A DNA stretch of 64,000 nt from an uncultured Bacteroidales bacterium (GTDB lineage Bacteria > Bacteroidota > Bacteroidia > Bacteroidales > VadinHA17). The DNA lies in NCBI GenBank assembly GCA_963813405.1, contig CAWEYU010000005.1:136436-200435 (forward strand). Direction: 5' to 3'. The position numbers were made by a program, and so were the translations under genes. The notes beneath the pieces are model-generated. The model had not been told where the DNA came from. It was given only the letters and a program-made list of their open reading frames with translations, and searched no databases. Each line of letters starts with the position of its first letter. Position 1 is the stretch's first letter. This document shows, piece by piece, positions 19,644 through 30,488 of the stretch.

Positions 19644-19952
19644 CTAGTCATGAAGTTTATTTATTGAATCGGCATCAAGCGTCTTGAAATGATGATACAT
19701 CTGAAGTATTAAAGCAAGTGCCACCGATACCTCTGCAGCTGATACAGACAGAATGAAAATAAACATGACCTGTCCGTCAGCCTGCAACCAGTGGGATCCG
19801 GCAATTACAAAAACCATCCCTGCACTGTTAAGCATTATTTCAATTGACATCAGCATAAAAATTATATTTCTCCGGACAAGCAATCCAATAAGGCCTATCA
19901 GGAACAGAATTCCCGCCAGTAAGATCTGCACTTCCATTGATACTGATACCAT
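19644..19952 (-). CDS. nuoK: NADH-quinone oxidoreductase subunit K
   Basis: 102 aa with three TM helices, sitting between nuoJ and nuoL. Confidence 0.92.
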   Translation of the reverse strand: MVSVSMEVQILLAGILFLIGLIGLLVRRNIIFMLMSIEIMLNSAGMVFVIAGSHWLQADGQVMFIFILSVSAAEVSVALALILQMYHHFKTLDADSINKLHD

Positions 19953-19957
19953 CTCGC

Positions 19958-20494
19958 TTATTTGTTTTTGTATGATGAATCTTTAATCATAAAACGATGT
20001 AAGACCTTTTTCTTTTGCTTCCCTAAATGATAAGCTCCTGTAATGCCTGCCAGCAATAGTATGGCGGCAATTTCCACAGCAAGAAGATAGGTAGTGAACA
20101 TTGATATTCCAACCTGTTTGGGCCCGATAATTTCAGGTCTGGTTTGTTCAAGATGAAATACTCTCATTACATAGATAAAAATCATAAAAAGAATCGCAGC
20201 CAGTATGGACGGCACTATCCACATCCGCGGTGACAGCCAGTTATATTCGGATTCACGTTCCATACCAATGTTTAGCATCATAACCACAAAGATGAACAGA
20301 ACCATTATTGCACCGGCATATACTATTACCTCAAGAGCGGCAATAAAAGGAGCTCCAAGGATATAAAAAATCACTGAAATTGAAAGAAGTGAGATTATGA
20401 GGAACAACAAAGCATGGATAGCATTCCGGTTAATAATTGCCATTATGGATGAAATTATGGCCACGATAGCTGCTATATAAAATATTGTGTTCAT
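19958..20494 (-). CDS. nuoJ: NADH-quinone oxidoreductase subunit J
   Basis: 178 aa hydrophobic protein in the conserved operon position; contains APFIAALEVIVYAGAIMVLFIFVVMML. Confidence 0.9.
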   Translation of the reverse strand: MNTIFYIAAIVAIISSIMAIINRNAIHALLFLIISLLSISVIFYILGAPFIAALEVIVYAGAIMVLFIFVVMMLNIGMERESEYNWLSPRMWIVPSILAAILFMIFIYVMRVFHLEQTRPEIIGPKQVGISMFTTYLLAVEIAAILLLAGITGAYHLGKQKKKVLHRFMIKDSSYKNK

Positions 20495-20500
20495 TCAGAT

Positions 20501-21019
20501 TTAATGAATTAAATTTTTAATATCAACAGGTTTTTCTTCGTGTTCTCCTTCTCCTTTTCTTTTGACACCCATATCAACACCGGCTTCATTATAGAAGTTA
20601 TATCCGTGGTACTTACCTTCGCCGCTTATAAGGAGGTGTTCTTTTTCATATACCATGTTCTGCCTGTCATATTCACCCATTTCAAAATCAGGAATAAGCT
20701 GTATTGCATATGTAGGACAGGCTTCTTCGCAGAATCCACAATAGATACAGCGTGAGAAATTTATCCTGAAAAATCCGGGATATCTTCTGTCATCTTCACC
20801 GTTTGCAGCCTGTAATGCAATACAATCCACCGGGCAGACTGCAGCACACAGATAACATGCAACACATCTCTCATTACCTTCAGGATCACGGGTCAGTACA
20901 ATCCTGCCCCTGTATCTTGGTGGCAGATAGGGTAGTTTTTCAGGATAGCCCTGAGTTTCCCGTTTATGGAATGCGTGCAGAAATGTCAGCCATATGCTTC
21001 TCAGTATGCTAATCATCAA
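20501..21019 (-). CDS. nuoI: NADH-quinone oxidoreductase subunit I
   Basis: 172 aa with two 4Fe-4S ferredoxin motifs, [12 protein letters not shown] and [12 protein letters not shown]. Confidence 0.95.
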   Translation of the reverse strand: MMISILRSIWLTFLHAFHKRETQGYPEKLPYLPPRYRGRIVLTRDPEGNERCVACYLCAAVCPVDCIALQAANGEDDRRYPGFFRINFSRCIYCGFCEEACPTYAIQLIPDFEMGEYDRQNMVYEKEHLLISGEGKYHGYNFYNEAGVDMGVKRKGEGEHEEKPVDIKNLIH

Positions 21020-21026
21020 CCAGATA

Positions 21027-21971
21027 TTATTTAATTAACAAAATAATTCCTCCCGTAACCAAAATATTAAGTAAGACGAGCGGTAATAGTATTTTCCATC
21101 CCAGTTCCATTACCTGGTCGTACCTTGGCCTTGGTAATGAAGCCCTGATAAGAATAAACAGGCAAATAAAAAATGAAGTCTTAAAGAAGAACCAGAAAGC
21201 AGGTGGGAGGAAAGAGGGTCCCAACCATCCTCCGAAAAACAATGTTACAATCAGTGATGAGATTAATGTGACACCCATATACTCGCCCACAAAGAACATC
21301 CCGAATTTCATTCCTGAGTATTCAGAATGATATCCTGCAACCAGTTCACCGTCTGCCTCGGGAATGTCAAACGGCGTTCTGTGAGTTTCTGCCAGTCCGG
21401 CTATCAGAAATATTACAAATCCGAAAAATTGCGGAAATATAAACCATCCGTTTCTCTGGGCTTCAACAATTTCGCGAAGGCTAAAACTATCTGCCATCAT
21501 AACTACACCAATAACGGAGAGTCCCATAAATACTTCATATGTAAGCATTTGCGCAGATCCCCTTATAGAACCAAGAAGGGAGTATTTATTATTGGAAGCC
21601 CATCCACCCAGAACCAGGCTATATACTCCGAGCGATGAATTACCAAGGAAAAAAAGCAAACCGATGTTTGAATCCAGTACAAGAAAGTTATCGGTGAATG
21701 GAATCACGGCAAATGTCAGAAGAATTGTGGTTATCAATATCCCGGGGGCAAGTACAAAGACAGCTTTATCAGCAAATGGGGGCACCCAATCCTCCTTGAA
21801 AAAAATCTTTATGACATCGGCGAGTACCTGAAAGAGACCGTATGGTCCAACCCTGTTAGGGCCATACCTGTCTTGCCATAATGCAAGCATTTTGCGCTCA
21901 ACCCAGATCAATCCTGCTGCTATAGTCAGAACTATTAAGAGGACACCGGCAATTATGAACACATATTTCAT
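21027..21971 (-). CDS. nuoH: NADH-quinone oxidoreductase subunit H
   Basis: 314 aa with [21 protein letters not shown] and [21 protein letters not shown] motifs. Confidence 0.95.
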   Translation of the reverse strand: MKYVFIIAGVLLIVLTIAAGLIWVERKMLALWQDRYGPNRVGPYGLFQVLADVIKIFFKEDWVPPFADKAVFVLAPGILITTILLTFAVIPFTDNFLVLDSNIGLLFFLGNSSLGVYSLVLGGWASNNKYSLLGSIRGSAQMLTYEVFMGLSVIGVVMMADSFSLREIVEAQRNGWFIFPQFFGFVIFLIAGLAETHRTPFDIPEADGELVAGYHSEYSGMKFGMFFVGEYMGVTLISSLIVTLFFGGWLGPSFLPPAFWFFFKTSFFICLFILIRASLPRPRYDQVMELGWKILLPLVLLNILVTGGIILLIK

Positions 21972-21999
21972 TGTATATTTTAGTCTTTTAAATATCCGT

Positions 22000-24651
22000 T
22001 TATATGGCTATTTTACTCTTCAATTTTCCCGGTGCAGGTAAATTAAGGAATGGCACACCCGGAATTCCATACGAGATCCCTGCAATCCCGTCCGGCACTG
22101 AGTTATCTATTTTTACTATAACATCGATTAAATTATTGTTGACCTGCAACTGATATATTTCGTTTTGAGTTATTCCCGATTTCTGTATTTCAGATCCATT
22201 AATTATTATAAATGGTTTGGAAATACGATGCTCTATTGCTTCCCCAAGCCTACTAAGTTCCTCTGAACCAAATATCTGCCAGACAGGAACCACGAGTACA
22301 TCACCATGGAGGATTTGAATGGGCTGAAGGGCTTTTTTGAAATAGCCTTTAGCTTCTGAAAGATCCATTTTGAACAACAGAACTCCCGGGTCACCTCCAT
22401 TTCTCAGGGTCCCATTAGGTTCCTCCGTATATTTATTCATAGCCTGGACAGAATTCCACCCCGGAGACCAGTACCATGAGATCATGTCTGACGGGGGATA
22501 GCCCTTATACCCCTCCATACTATATGCAAGAGGAGAACATTTATCTTCAGGAGGTTTGGGCTCACTAACCGATCTGTCAGCATCCATTGCAGTTCTTCCA
22601 CTGAATCTGCTGGTTTGCCTTGGTATTTTTCCGTCATAATATCTGAAATTTGCTGATGGAATTTTTGCCCTGATCGTATCAAAGAAAGGATATTCAGCGG
22701 CCATAGCCCCGACAATATCATCAATCCCGGACCAGTTTTTGATTTTCTCATTTCCTGCAGCACTAATCATTTCTGAGAGCCGGCACCAGGTTGATTTTAT
22801 TTGTTCAGATTCAGGAAGAGCACTATAATACCGCTGCGCACGTCCTTCATTATTTATAACAGTCCCTGTCGTTTCTGCAAAAGAGCCTACCGGGAGTAAA
22901 AGGTCTGCTTTTGCTGTTGTTTCATTCTGAATGTGGTCCAGTACAATTATCCTGTCAGATCTATCAAAGATGACATCGGCTTTTTCCTTTGAAATTCTTC
23001 TGTAAAGATCGTTTTCAGCAATTATCAGGGTTTCAATTCTTTCTTTTTCAACAAGATCAATAACTTCATCGAGAGAACCGCCGTCAATCATTGCCAATCC
23101 TGTGCTGTTACACTCTGAAAAAATTATTGACAATGAGGGTTTCTTTCCAAGACGGGTAAGTGCTCTCGCAATATTTGCAGAGGCATTTAACAAATCCTCA
23201 TTTCCCATATGAACACCGGTGATAATCAATGGTTTTAGTGAATCAATAAGTGCCTCCGAAATACGACCTGAGATCTCCTGAATTGATTTATCAGAATCGG
23301 CCGGGGCAGGGGATAAGGGGTCAATCAAAGCTGCAACAGTAAATCCAAGATCTGCGATTTTATCCGGATCTGCATAATAAGTTATCCGGGCCAGTTCATC
23401 AAGTTTTGTGCTGAAAGGAGAAGCTATGAATTTTTTCCCTGCAACCTGCCTGACTGCCAGGGCAATCATCGGAGCAGTATTCGTTACATCTTCACCCAGT
23501 ATTAATACTGAGTCACAACTTTCTATTTCTTTTAAAGAAGGAACATTCGCAATACCGCTTTTGAGGATCTTAAGAGCTTTTTTAACAAGAGCATGATCTG
23601 TTCCGGAAATACCGTGATAAAAATTCTTATTCCCAACCAGTGAAGAGAGGGCATAGTTCGATTCAAGAGATGCGCGTGGAGAACCTATCCCGATTATCCT
23701 TTTTGCTGACAAGGCTCTTCCTATCCAGGGAAGATATTGCTGTTTATTATCCTCTGCAGGAGCTTTATTCCTATCATTCCTGAAAAGAATTTGTTTTTGT
23801 TTTGAGGTGCTATTCAGGAATTCATAACCATATCTTCCTCTGTCGCATATAAAATATCCGTTGACTGACCCGTTATAGCGGCTAAGGACTCTTCTGACTT
23901 TCCCGTAACGGCTGCCCACAATCGTATTACATCCAACGCTGCAATGCATACAAACTGATGGTGCATTTGTAAGGTCCCATTTACGGGTATAATGTTTTTT
24001 AAGTGTTTTATCGGTGAAGACACCGGTAGGGCATACCTCAACCAGATTCCCGCTAAATTCATTTTCAAGAACTCCATCTTTCTGCCTGCCAAAATAAAGA
24101 TGATTTGCTGAGCCATAAACATTCAGATCTTTTCCTCCGGCATAATCTCTATATAACCGCACGCATCTGTAACATTCAATGCACCGGTTCATCTCGTGAT
24201 TGATGAATGGCCCAAGTTCCTGATTATAATATGTTTGCTTTTTAAACTCATAACGTCTGTAGTTGTGTCCTGTCATAACAAGCATATCCTGCAGGTGGCA
24301 TTCTCCTCCTTCATCGCATACCGGGCAATCGTGAGGATGGTCTATCATAAGACTTTCCAGGATAGAAGCTCTGAAAGCTTTCACCTCATTGTCTTTGACT
24401 GAAATGATCATCCCGTCGACAACCTCTTCCATGCAGGACATAACTATGCGGCCTTTTTTGTCATCGGGATTTGCATATTTTTTTACGGCACATAATCTGC
24501 AGGCGCCTACAGATCCCATTGCGGGATGAAAGCAAAAGTAAGGTATGTCAAAACCCAGCGCAAGGCAGGTCTCAAGCAGGTTCTTACCGGGTTTCACCGT
24601 GTACAACACGTTATCAATATTTATATTAACTGTAGTCATTTCCATGGACAA
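22000..24651 (-). CDS. nuoG: NADH-quinone oxidoreductase subunit G (long, enterobacterial-type)
   Basis: 883 aa. The N-terminal Fe-S cysteine patterns are [31 protein letters not shown] and CPTGVF. A molybdopterin-oxidoreductase-like body follows. It overlaps nuoF by 16 nt; the start could be one of the internal Met codons of MSMEM. Confidence 0.93.
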   Translation of the reverse strand: MSMEMTTVNINIDNVLYTVKPGKNLLETCLALGFDIPYFCFHPAMGSVGACRLCAVKKYANPDDKKGRIVMSCMEEVVDGMIISVKDNEVKAFRASILESLMIDHPHDCPVCDEGGECHLQDMLVMTGHNYRRYEFKKQTYYNQELGPFINHEMNRCIECYRCVRLYRDYAGGKDLNVYGSANHLYFGRQKDGVLENEFSGNLVEVCPTGVFTDKTLKKHYTRKWDLTNAPSVCMHCSVGCNTIVGSRYGKVRRVLSRYNGSVNGYFICDRGRYGYEFLNSTSKQKQILFRNDRNKAPAEDNKQQYLPWIGRALSAKRIIGIGSPRASLESNYALSSLVGNKNFYHGISGTDHALVKKALKILKSGIANVPSLKEIESCDSVLILGEDVTNTAPMIALAVRQVAGKKFIASPFSTKLDELARITYYADPDKIADLGFTVAALIDPLSPAPADSDKSIQEISGRISEALIDSLKPLIITGVHMGNEDLLNASANIARALTRLGKKPSLSIIFSECNSTGLAMIDGGSLDEVIDLVEKERIETLIIAENDLYRRISKEKADVIFDRSDRIIVLDHIQNETTAKADLLLPVGSFAETTGTVINNEGRAQRYYSALPESEQIKSTWCRLSEMISAAGNEKIKNWSGIDDIVGAMAAEYPFFDTIRAKIPSANFRYYDGKIPRQTSRFSGRTAMDADRSVSEPKPPEDKCSPLAYSMEGYKGYPPSDMISWYWSPGWNSVQAMNKYTEEPNGTLRNGGDPGVLLFKMDLSEAKGYFKKALQPIQILHGDVLVVPVWQIFGSEELSRLGEAIEHRISKPFIIINGSEIQKSGITQNEIYQLQVNNNLIDVIVKIDNSVPDGIAGISYGIPGVPFLNLPAPGKLKSKIAI

Positions 24652-25910
24652 CGCTGACCGGTTATATGTTTCACAAAATCGTCACGGTAATATTTCAGCC
24701 CGCTCTGCAAAGGTTCTACAGCGCCCGGAGCATGAGCGCAAAAGGTATTTCCCGGTCCCAGGTAGCGTGTATGAAATTCAAGAAGTTCGATGTCCTGTGT
24801 TTTTGCCGTTCCATTTTCAAACGACCTCAATATTTTTTCAGTCCATGGCAACCCCTCACGGCATGGTGTGCACCATCCGCAACTTTCATCTGCAAAAAAT
24901 TTAATGAGATTGTGTATAAATGCGACTGGACATGTTTTGTCATCAAGTACGATCATAGTCCCGGTTCCAAGCCTGCTTCCTGCATTTCTGACTGAGGCAA
25001 AATCCATTTTTGTATCCAGATGGGCTTTTGTAAGGAAATCTGTTGATCCTCCTCCAGGGATTATTCCTTTTAATTTGTAGCCCTCCATCATACCGCCTGC
25101 ATGCCCATCGATTATTTCACGCATGGTAGTTCCCATTGGCAATTCCCAGAGCCCCGGATTCTTTACATGACCGCTGACTCCATAAAGTTTTGTTCCACCC
25201 TCAGCACTTAAGCTCAGGCCTTTAAACCATTCGGCCCCATATTCTGCAATAGAAGGGATAAAACAGAGAGTTTCTACATTATTAATTACTGTGGGTTGTC
25301 CGAAGAGACCGCTGGCAGCCGGGAAAGGTGGTTTTGACCTTGGAATACCTCTTTTACCTTCAAGGGAATTTAAAAGGGCAGTTTCCTCTCCGCAGATATA
25401 CCTCCCTGCACTGACATGAACATAAATATCAAGATTGTAACCTGTTCCAAGAATATTTTTCCCCAGATAGCTTTTTTCGTATGCCTCGGCAATAGCACTT
25501 CTGATTATTTTCTCTGCTTTTTTATATGCCCACCTTAAAAAGATATAAGCTTTCTGAGCCTGAATCGCATAGGACGAAATTATCATACCCGAAATAAGCA
25601 GATGTGGATTGTTTTCAAGAAGATACCTGTCCTTAAAGGCTCCGGGTTCCATCTCGTCAGCATTGGCAATAAGATATTTCATACCATTTCTCGGGGCATC
25701 TTTCGGAACAAGGCTCCATTTCAGACCAGTAGGAAAGCCTGCTCCGCCTCTTCCCAGCAGTCCGGATGATTTAACCAGATCAATGATTTCCACAGGTGAC
25801 TTCTCCTTCAGCGCTTTACGGACTATCAGGTAGCCTCCGGTCTTTTCGAATTTCTTTATATCCGGTTCAGAAATATTTTCTTTAATATATTGCGTTAATG
25901 GAAATTCCAT
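24636..25910 (-). CDS. nuoF: NADH-quinone oxidoreductase subunit F
   Basis: 424 aa with GRGGAGFPTGLKW (FMN/NADH site) and the ESCGWCTPCREG 4Fe-4S motif. Confidence 0.96.
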   Translation of the reverse strand: MEFPLTQYIKENISEPDIKKFEKTGGYLIVRKALKEKSPVEIIDLVKSSGLLGRGGAGFPTGLKWSLVPKDAPRNGMKYLIANADEMEPGAFKDRYLLENNPHLLISGMIISSYAIQAQKAYIFLRWAYKKAEKIIRSAIAEAYEKSYLGKNILGTGYNLDIYVHVSAGRYICGEETALLNSLEGKRGIPRSKPPFPAASGLFGQPTVINNVETLCFIPSIAEYGAEWFKGLSLSAEGGTKLYGVSGHVKNPGLWELPMGTTMREIIDGHAGGMMEGYKLKGIIPGGGSTDFLTKAHLDTKMDFASVRNAGSRLGTGTMIVLDDKTCPVAFIHNLIKFFADESCGWCTPCREGLPWTEKILRSFENGTAKTQDIELLEFHTRYLGPGNTFCAHAPGAVEPLQSGLKYYRDDFVKHITGQRCPWK

Positions 25911-25915
25911 ATTTA

Positions 25916-26380
25916 TCAGGGGTATCTGTCAATGATTTCGTCAATTTTATCAGATGTCAGATTATTATAATGATCATTATTTATCATCAAAGCCGGAGCA
26001 TGGTCGCAATCGCCAAGACAGGTAACCGGCAGAAGGGTAAATCTTCCATCATTTGTTGTTTCTCCAAAGCCAATTGAAAGTTTTTCTGAAAGATGTTCAT
26101 AAACCGACTGGTATCCCATTATCATACAGCTTATACTATCACAGACAAGGATTATATTTCTTCCAACAGGCTTGCGGTAAATTCTTGTATAAAATGTAGC
26201 TACGCTATCAACCTCTTCAACAGACATACCCAGTTCCGATGCAATCTCCCCAACAGTCTCATCGGATATCCATCCACGATGTTTCTGAACAATTTTCAAA
26301 GCATCAATGCAGGCAGCTGCTCTATACGGATATAGTTTTACCTCCTCTCTTATTTCTTCTATTTCTTTTTCACTCAACAT
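25916..26380 (-). CDS. nuoE: NADH-quinone oxidoreductase subunit E
   Basis: 154 aa thioredoxin-like 2Fe-2S subunit with cysteines in CDSISC and CLGDCDHAP. Confidence 0.93.
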   Translation of the reverse strand: MLSEKEIEEIREEVKLYPYRAAACIDALKIVQKHRGWISDETVGEIASELGMSVEEVDSVATFYTRIYRKPVGRNIILVCDSISCMIMGYQSVYEHLSEKLSIGFGETTNDGRFTLLPVTCLGDCDHAPALMINNDHYNNLTSDKIDEIIDRYP

Positions 26381-26418
26381 TTTTTTTGGTCTGTGTTACT
26401 TTTGTCTTTTCCATAACT

Positions 26419-26493
26419 AACACCCCCCTGCCCCCCTCAAGGGGGGATTTACTTCCGCAAACCCTGCACCCTGCTCCCTGCACCTTGCACCCT
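26419..26493 (-). repeat. R2 composite element in the nuoCD-nuoE spacer: five G3N4 heptads plus a GC hairpin, G-rich on the transcribed strand
   Basis: The minus strand reads GGGTGCA AGGTGCA GGGAGCA GGGTGCA GGGTTTG CGGAAGTAAAT CCCCCCTTGAGGGGGG CAGGGGGGTGTTA. The distal ~32 nt are near-identical to 62194..62226. It occupies most of the only large intergenic gap (120 bp) in the nuo operon. Confidence 0.85.
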
Positions 26494-26500
26494 TTCTCCT

Positions 26501-28243
26501 TTAACGATCCAGATCCGCCAGCACAAAATCCATTGCCCCGAGAATTGAAAGAAGATCGGGAATGGTATATCCTCGTGCAATTAATGGGAGCATCTGCATA
26601 TGAGGAAAAGAAGGGGTTCTTATCCTGGAACGGTATGCAGATGTTCCACCGTCGCTTATCATGTAATAACCATTGCTTCCTTTAGCTGCCTCTGTCGGGA
26701 TCATTGCCTCTCCTTCAGGGATCACCGGTCCCCAGCTTACGCCAAGAAAATGTGTAATAAGTGTTTCAATGTCTTTCATAGTTTTTTCCTTCCTCGGTGG
26801 GGTTGTCAGCGGATGGTCGGATTTATAGGAATCAGAGGGCATATTATCGAGGCATTGCTGAATGATCCTGAGGCTTTGCCGCATCTCCTCCATTCTTATA
26901 ACGGACCTGTCATAGCAATCTCCGTTTTTCCCAATAGGGATCTCAAATTCAAACTGATCATAACCGGAATAGGGTCTTTTTTTACGATAATCCCAGTCAA
27001 ATCCCGTTGACCTGAGTCCAGGACCGGTAACGCCCCAGTCAATTGCTTCTTCAGTGGTAAATACACCAATACCGATTGTTCTCTCTCTGAAAATTCTGTT
27101 TCTGATGACCACATTCTCAAATTCATTCAATCGTTTGGGAAAATAATTCAGGAATTCCTGGATGAGATTTTTCCAGCCATCCGGCAGATCATGTGCAACG
27201 CCTCCAATACGGAACCAGGAGGGATGCATACGGCCCCCGGTAATTGCTGAAATAATATCGAATATCCTTTCCCTGTCATTAAATGCAAAAAATACCGGAG
27301 ACATCTGACCAAGATCCTGGGCATAAGTGCCCAGCCATACCAGATGACTTATTATGCGAAACAGCTCGCACATCATCACCCGGATAACATTTGCACGGTC
27401 AGGTATACCAATTCCTGCGATTTTTTCAACTGAAAGAACATATGGCAGATTATTTAACACACCACCCAGATAATCAATGCGGTCGGTATAAGGTATATAT
27501 GTATGCCAGCTTTGTCGTTCACCCATTTTTTCAGCACCCCGGTGGTGGAATCCAATATCCGGAATAATCTCCACTATGTCTTCTCCGTCAAGCTGAAGTA
27601 TAAGTCTTAACAAGCCATGAGTTCCCGGATGCTGGGGTCCTAAATTGAGGAACATGAAATCAGTATCTTCGTTTTGTGTTTTGAGCCCCCAGTCTGCCGG
27701 ATCGAACTTCAGATCATCATCAGCAATTTTCCGGAATTGCTCGTCCAGTGCAAATGGTCCTAATTCAGTTGCCCTTGCCGGATATTCCTTCCTGAGGGGA
27801 TGTCCGTTCCAGGATTTTGGCATGAGAATTCTGTTAAGATTCGGATGACCGGTAAATGTAATGCCAAACATGTCGAAGATCTCCCGCTCGTACCAGTTTG
27901 CAGAAAGCCATATATCTGTAATTGTATGAATAACAGGATATTCACCTTTAAGTGGCACCTTAATACGTATATCTTCATTTCTCTCAGGGGAGGTCAGATG
28001 GTAGACTATTGTAAAATCGTTTTCATTAAGGCTTGTCTTCTTAAGTCTTCTCCGTTCGTCGATCGCAGTTAGGTCGTAAAGCATTCTGAAAGGTCTGTCT
28101 GTTTCATTCTTCAGATACTTAAGCAGGTTTCTGAAATGGTTCTGATCGACCAATAATGTCAGAGTTTGATCTGCGGTGGTCTGTTGACCAATAATTACCT
28201 GATCGCTGAACTTTGAGTTGATATTTAATATGAGCTCAGACAT
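26501..28243 (-). CDS. nuoCD: NADH-quinone oxidoreductase fused subunit C/D
   Basis: 580 aa. The N-terminal third is NuoC-like ([18 protein letters not shown]). The remainder is NuoD ([34 protein letters not shown]). This is a single uninterrupted ORF. Confidence 0.95.
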   Translation of the reverse strand: MSELILNINSKFSDQVIIGQQTTADQTLTLLVDQNHFRNLLKYLKNETDRPFRMLYDLTAIDERRRLKKTSLNENDFTIVYHLTSPERNEDIRIKVPLKGEYPVIHTITDIWLSANWYEREIFDMFGITFTGHPNLNRILMPKSWNGHPLRKEYPARATELGPFALDEQFRKIADDDLKFDPADWGLKTQNEDTDFMFLNLGPQHPGTHGLLRLILQLDGEDIVEIIPDIGFHHRGAEKMGERQSWHTYIPYTDRIDYLGGVLNNLPYVLSVEKIAGIGIPDRANVIRVMMCELFRIISHLVWLGTYAQDLGQMSPVFFAFNDRERIFDIISAITGGRMHPSWFRIGGVAHDLPDGWKNLIQEFLNYFPKRLNEFENVVIRNRIFRERTIGIGVFTTEEAIDWGVTGPGLRSTGFDWDYRKKRPYSGYDQFEFEIPIGKNGDCYDRSVIRMEEMRQSLRIIQQCLDNMPSDSYKSDHPLTTPPRKEKTMKDIETLITHFLGVSWGPVIPEGEAMIPTEAAKGSNGYYMISDGGTSAYRSRIRTPSFPHMQMLPLIARGYTIPDLLSILGAMDFVLADLDR

Positions 28244-28871
28244 TATCCATTGTTCTGATATTCCCCATTTTCATTCGTTCACTGTTCTTCTGGTCCCTTA
28301 TTGAAATTTTTTCCGGTCTAGAGATACCCTGTGGCCCTATCAGCCAGCTTAACGGACGTTCCTCTTTTCCAATAGAGTCGCGTAAAAGGAGAAGACCTTC
28401 AAGGAAGGCATCAGGCCGCGGAGGGCAACCTGAAACATATACATCGACCGGAAGAAACTTATCCACGCCCTGCACCACGCTGTAAATGTCATACATTCCA
28501 CCGGAGTTTGCGCATGATCCCATAGAGATGACCCATCTGGGGGCCATCATTTGCTCATGCAGCCGTTTTATTATTGGTGCCATCTTAATGAAGACGGTAC
28601 CTGCTATTACCATCATATCTGCCTCACGTGGTGTACCTCTGATGACCTCTCCTCCAAACCTGGCAATATCGTATCGACTGGTTATTGAAGTTGCCATCTC
28701 AACAAAACAGCATGAGAGACCAAATGCAAATGGCCAGATCGAATTCTTTCTTCCCCAGCCGATCATATCGTCGAGCCTGGTGAACAAAACAGATCTTTGA
28801 ACAGCTTCATCTGCCTTAAATGATTCCTCTTCAGATTTTAACCCGGAGGGTTTCTCCAATCTCCATTTCAT
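28236..28871 (-). CDS. nuoB: NADH-quinone oxidoreductase subunit B
   Basis: 211 aa with [19 protein letters not shown] and SGCPPRP cysteine motifs for cluster N2. The N-terminal extension is as in the enterobacterial type. Confidence 0.95.
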   Translation of the reverse strand: MKWRLEKPSGLKSEEESFKADEAVQRSVLFTRLDDMIGWGRKNSIWPFAFGLSCCFVEMATSITSRYDIARFGGEVIRGTPREADMMVIAGTVFIKMAPIIKRLHEQMMAPRWVISMGSCANSGGMYDIYSVVQGVDKFLPVDVYVSGCPPRPDAFLEGLLLLRDSIGKEERPLSWLIGPQGISRPEKISIRDQKNSERMKMGNIRTMDNV

Positions 28872-29278
28872 TTTCCCTGTTTTTTACTTTTAAGAATAGC
28901 TTTTCCCTGGGGACCGAAATCAAGGGCTTTTATACCTATTTCGTAGATAAGTACCGAAATCAATATTCCGATAAATATCAGTATGCCGATATATCCCGCA
29001 ATTCCGACCTCCCTGAATGAGATTGCCCATGCCATAATAAATACTGCATCAAGATCGAATATCACGAAAAAAATGGCTATCAGATAAAAATGGGAGGAAA
29101 ACCTGAGCCGGGCGTCGCCGGTGGGTGGAATTCCGGATTCGTATGGCTCCCCGGTAAGCTTTTCTTTATGTCGTTCCCCAAGTATCCAGGAGAGGCCTAT
29201 CATTATGCAGACGATTAGCAGAACCACTATTGCATAAATCAGGAAAGGCCAGAAGATAATAAACTGAAGTGAGGTCAT
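28868..29278 (-). CDS. nuoA: NADH-quinone oxidoreductase subunit A
   Basis: 136 aa with three TM helices, first gene of the operon. Contains the FDLDAVF motif ([15 protein letters not shown]). Confidence 0.92.
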   Translation of the reverse strand: MTSLQFIIFWPFLIYAIVVLLIVCIMIGLSWILGERHKEKLTGEPYESGIPPTGDARLRFSSHFYLIAIFFVIFDLDAVFIMAWAISFREVGIAGYIGILIFIGILISVLIYEIGIKALDFGPQGKAILKSKKQGK

Positions 29279-29335
29279 ATTTTATCTCAGCTTAATCAGG
29301 GTTCACCAGATAAGATAAAGTTAAATAAATAATTC

Positions 29336-30370
29336 TTATTCTATACCCGAATAGAGTTTCATAAATTGAACCCTTTCAATAGCTGCAGGATTTTCAAGAT
29401 TTGATTTGCTCAGTTTACCCCGGAAAGCATTTACATCCGTAAATCCGTGCTTCTTCATCCATTCTGAAGTTTTATTCAGAATATCCGGAATAACATCAAA
29501 ACCTTCCTTATATAATGCTGATGCAATCTGAACAGTAGTTGCTCCGGCAAGAAGTTGTTTTACAAATGCATCATAATTATGGATTCCGGTTGAAGCTGAA
29601 AGGTCACAATCTGTATGACCTGATAATATTGAGATCCAGCGAAGGGTATGGGTAAATTCTTCAGGGGAACTGTAAATTGAACCATGGCTTAAAACCAGAT
29701 TATCTATATCAAAATCAGTATTATACGGCCGGTTAAAAAGTACCAGTCCCCTGATCCCGGTTTGTGATAATTTCTGAACAGATTGTGCCAGCGACGAGAA
29801 ATAAAAACCAATCTTCACAGCTATTGGCAGGGTTACATAATTTCTGACTTCCCTGATGATATCATAGTAAATTTTCTCATTATCACCACCACTTCTCCGC
29901 CAGTCAGAAGGCAGAATATAGATGTTCAGCTCCAGGGCATCAACTTTTGTCTCTTCAATTTTTTTTGCGAATGAGTGCCAGTCCTGATCAGAGACGCAAT
30001 TTATACTGGCAATGACAGGGATGTCAACTGATCGTTTTGCCTCTTGAAGAAACCCGAGGTATTTCCCAAGAGTGTTTCGTTTAGCAAAATCGTAGATATA
30101 TGAATAAGCTTCATCATAATCATAGATCCTTTTACTCAGAATTGTATCGGGAGCGTGAGTAAATGTTTCAACATTGCCGTTATCTGTCTTAATAACTTTC
30201 TCGGTTTCGATATTTATCTGCTCCTCAAAAAGTGATTTGATGACAATTGCTCCGGCACCTTTTGCTGCAAGTTCCTTAATATTGGCGATTGAGTTTGTAA
30301 GACCGCAACTGCCGGCTATTAAAGGGTTCCGGAGCTTTAGGCCTAAATAAGTAGTTTGAAGGTTTTCCAT
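29336..30370 (-). CDS. Dihydroorotate dehydrogenase-like flavoprotein (class 1 DHOD/DHPD TIM-barrel family)
   Basis: 344 aa with N-terminal LGLKLRNPLIAGSCGLT and TIM-barrel FMN-family features (GAGAIVIKSLFEEQ, VIASIN). No N-terminal membrane anchor. Its stop is 57 nt upstream of the nuoA start, same strand. Confidence 0.75.
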   Translation of the reverse strand: MENLQTTYLGLKLRNPLIAGSCGLTNSIANIKELAAKGAGAIVIKSLFEEQINIETEKVIKTDNGNVETFTHAPDTILSKRIYDYDEAYSYIYDFAKRNTLGKYLGFLQEAKRSVDIPVIASINCVSDQDWHSFAKKIEETKVDALELNIYILPSDWRRSGGDNEKIYYDIIREVRNYVTLPIAVKIGFYFSSLAQSVQKLSQTGIRGLVLFNRPYNTDFDIDNLVLSHGSIYSSPEEFTHTLRWISILSGHTDCDLSASTGIHNYDAFVKQLLAGATTVQIASALYKEGFDVIPDILNKTSEWMKKHGFTDVNAFRGKLSKSNLENPAAIERVQFMKLYSGIE

Positions 30371-30407
30371 GATAATGTTTGCTTTCTTTAAGCGTTATTT
30401 TATAAAC

Positions 30408-30415
30408 CAAAGGTA
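30408..30415 (-). promoter_or_regulatory. Candidate -7 promoter box (TACCTTTG on minus strand) for the DHOD-like gene and possibly nuo
   Basis: Plus-strand caaaggta is TACCTTTG on the minus strand and matches TAnnTTTG. It lies 38 nt upstream of the ATG at 30370 and just downstream of the terminator at 30429..30462. Confidence 0.35.
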
Positions 30416-30428
30416 ATAAAAGGTCTTT

Positions 30429-30462
30429 TAAAAAAAACACCAGGAGACATAGCTCCTGGTGT
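30429..30462 (-). terminator. Rho-independent terminator closing the susC-susD-DUF3823 transcript
   Basis: The minus strand reads CACCAGGAG-ctatgt-CTCCTGGTG followed by TTTTTTTT. This is a perfect 9-bp stem, 6-nt loop and 8-T tail, starting 27 nt after the DUF3823 stop. Confidence 0.8.
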
Positions 30463-30488
30463 ATAATTTGATAATAATTCAGGCAGAG

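Noticed and set aside
26239-26685. A 148-aa plus-strand ORF spanning the nuoE start, the R2 element and the nuoCD end, with a proline-rich middle.
   Set aside because: It is antisense to two well-supported nuo genes. The proline-rich stretch is simply the C-rich strand of R2 translated.
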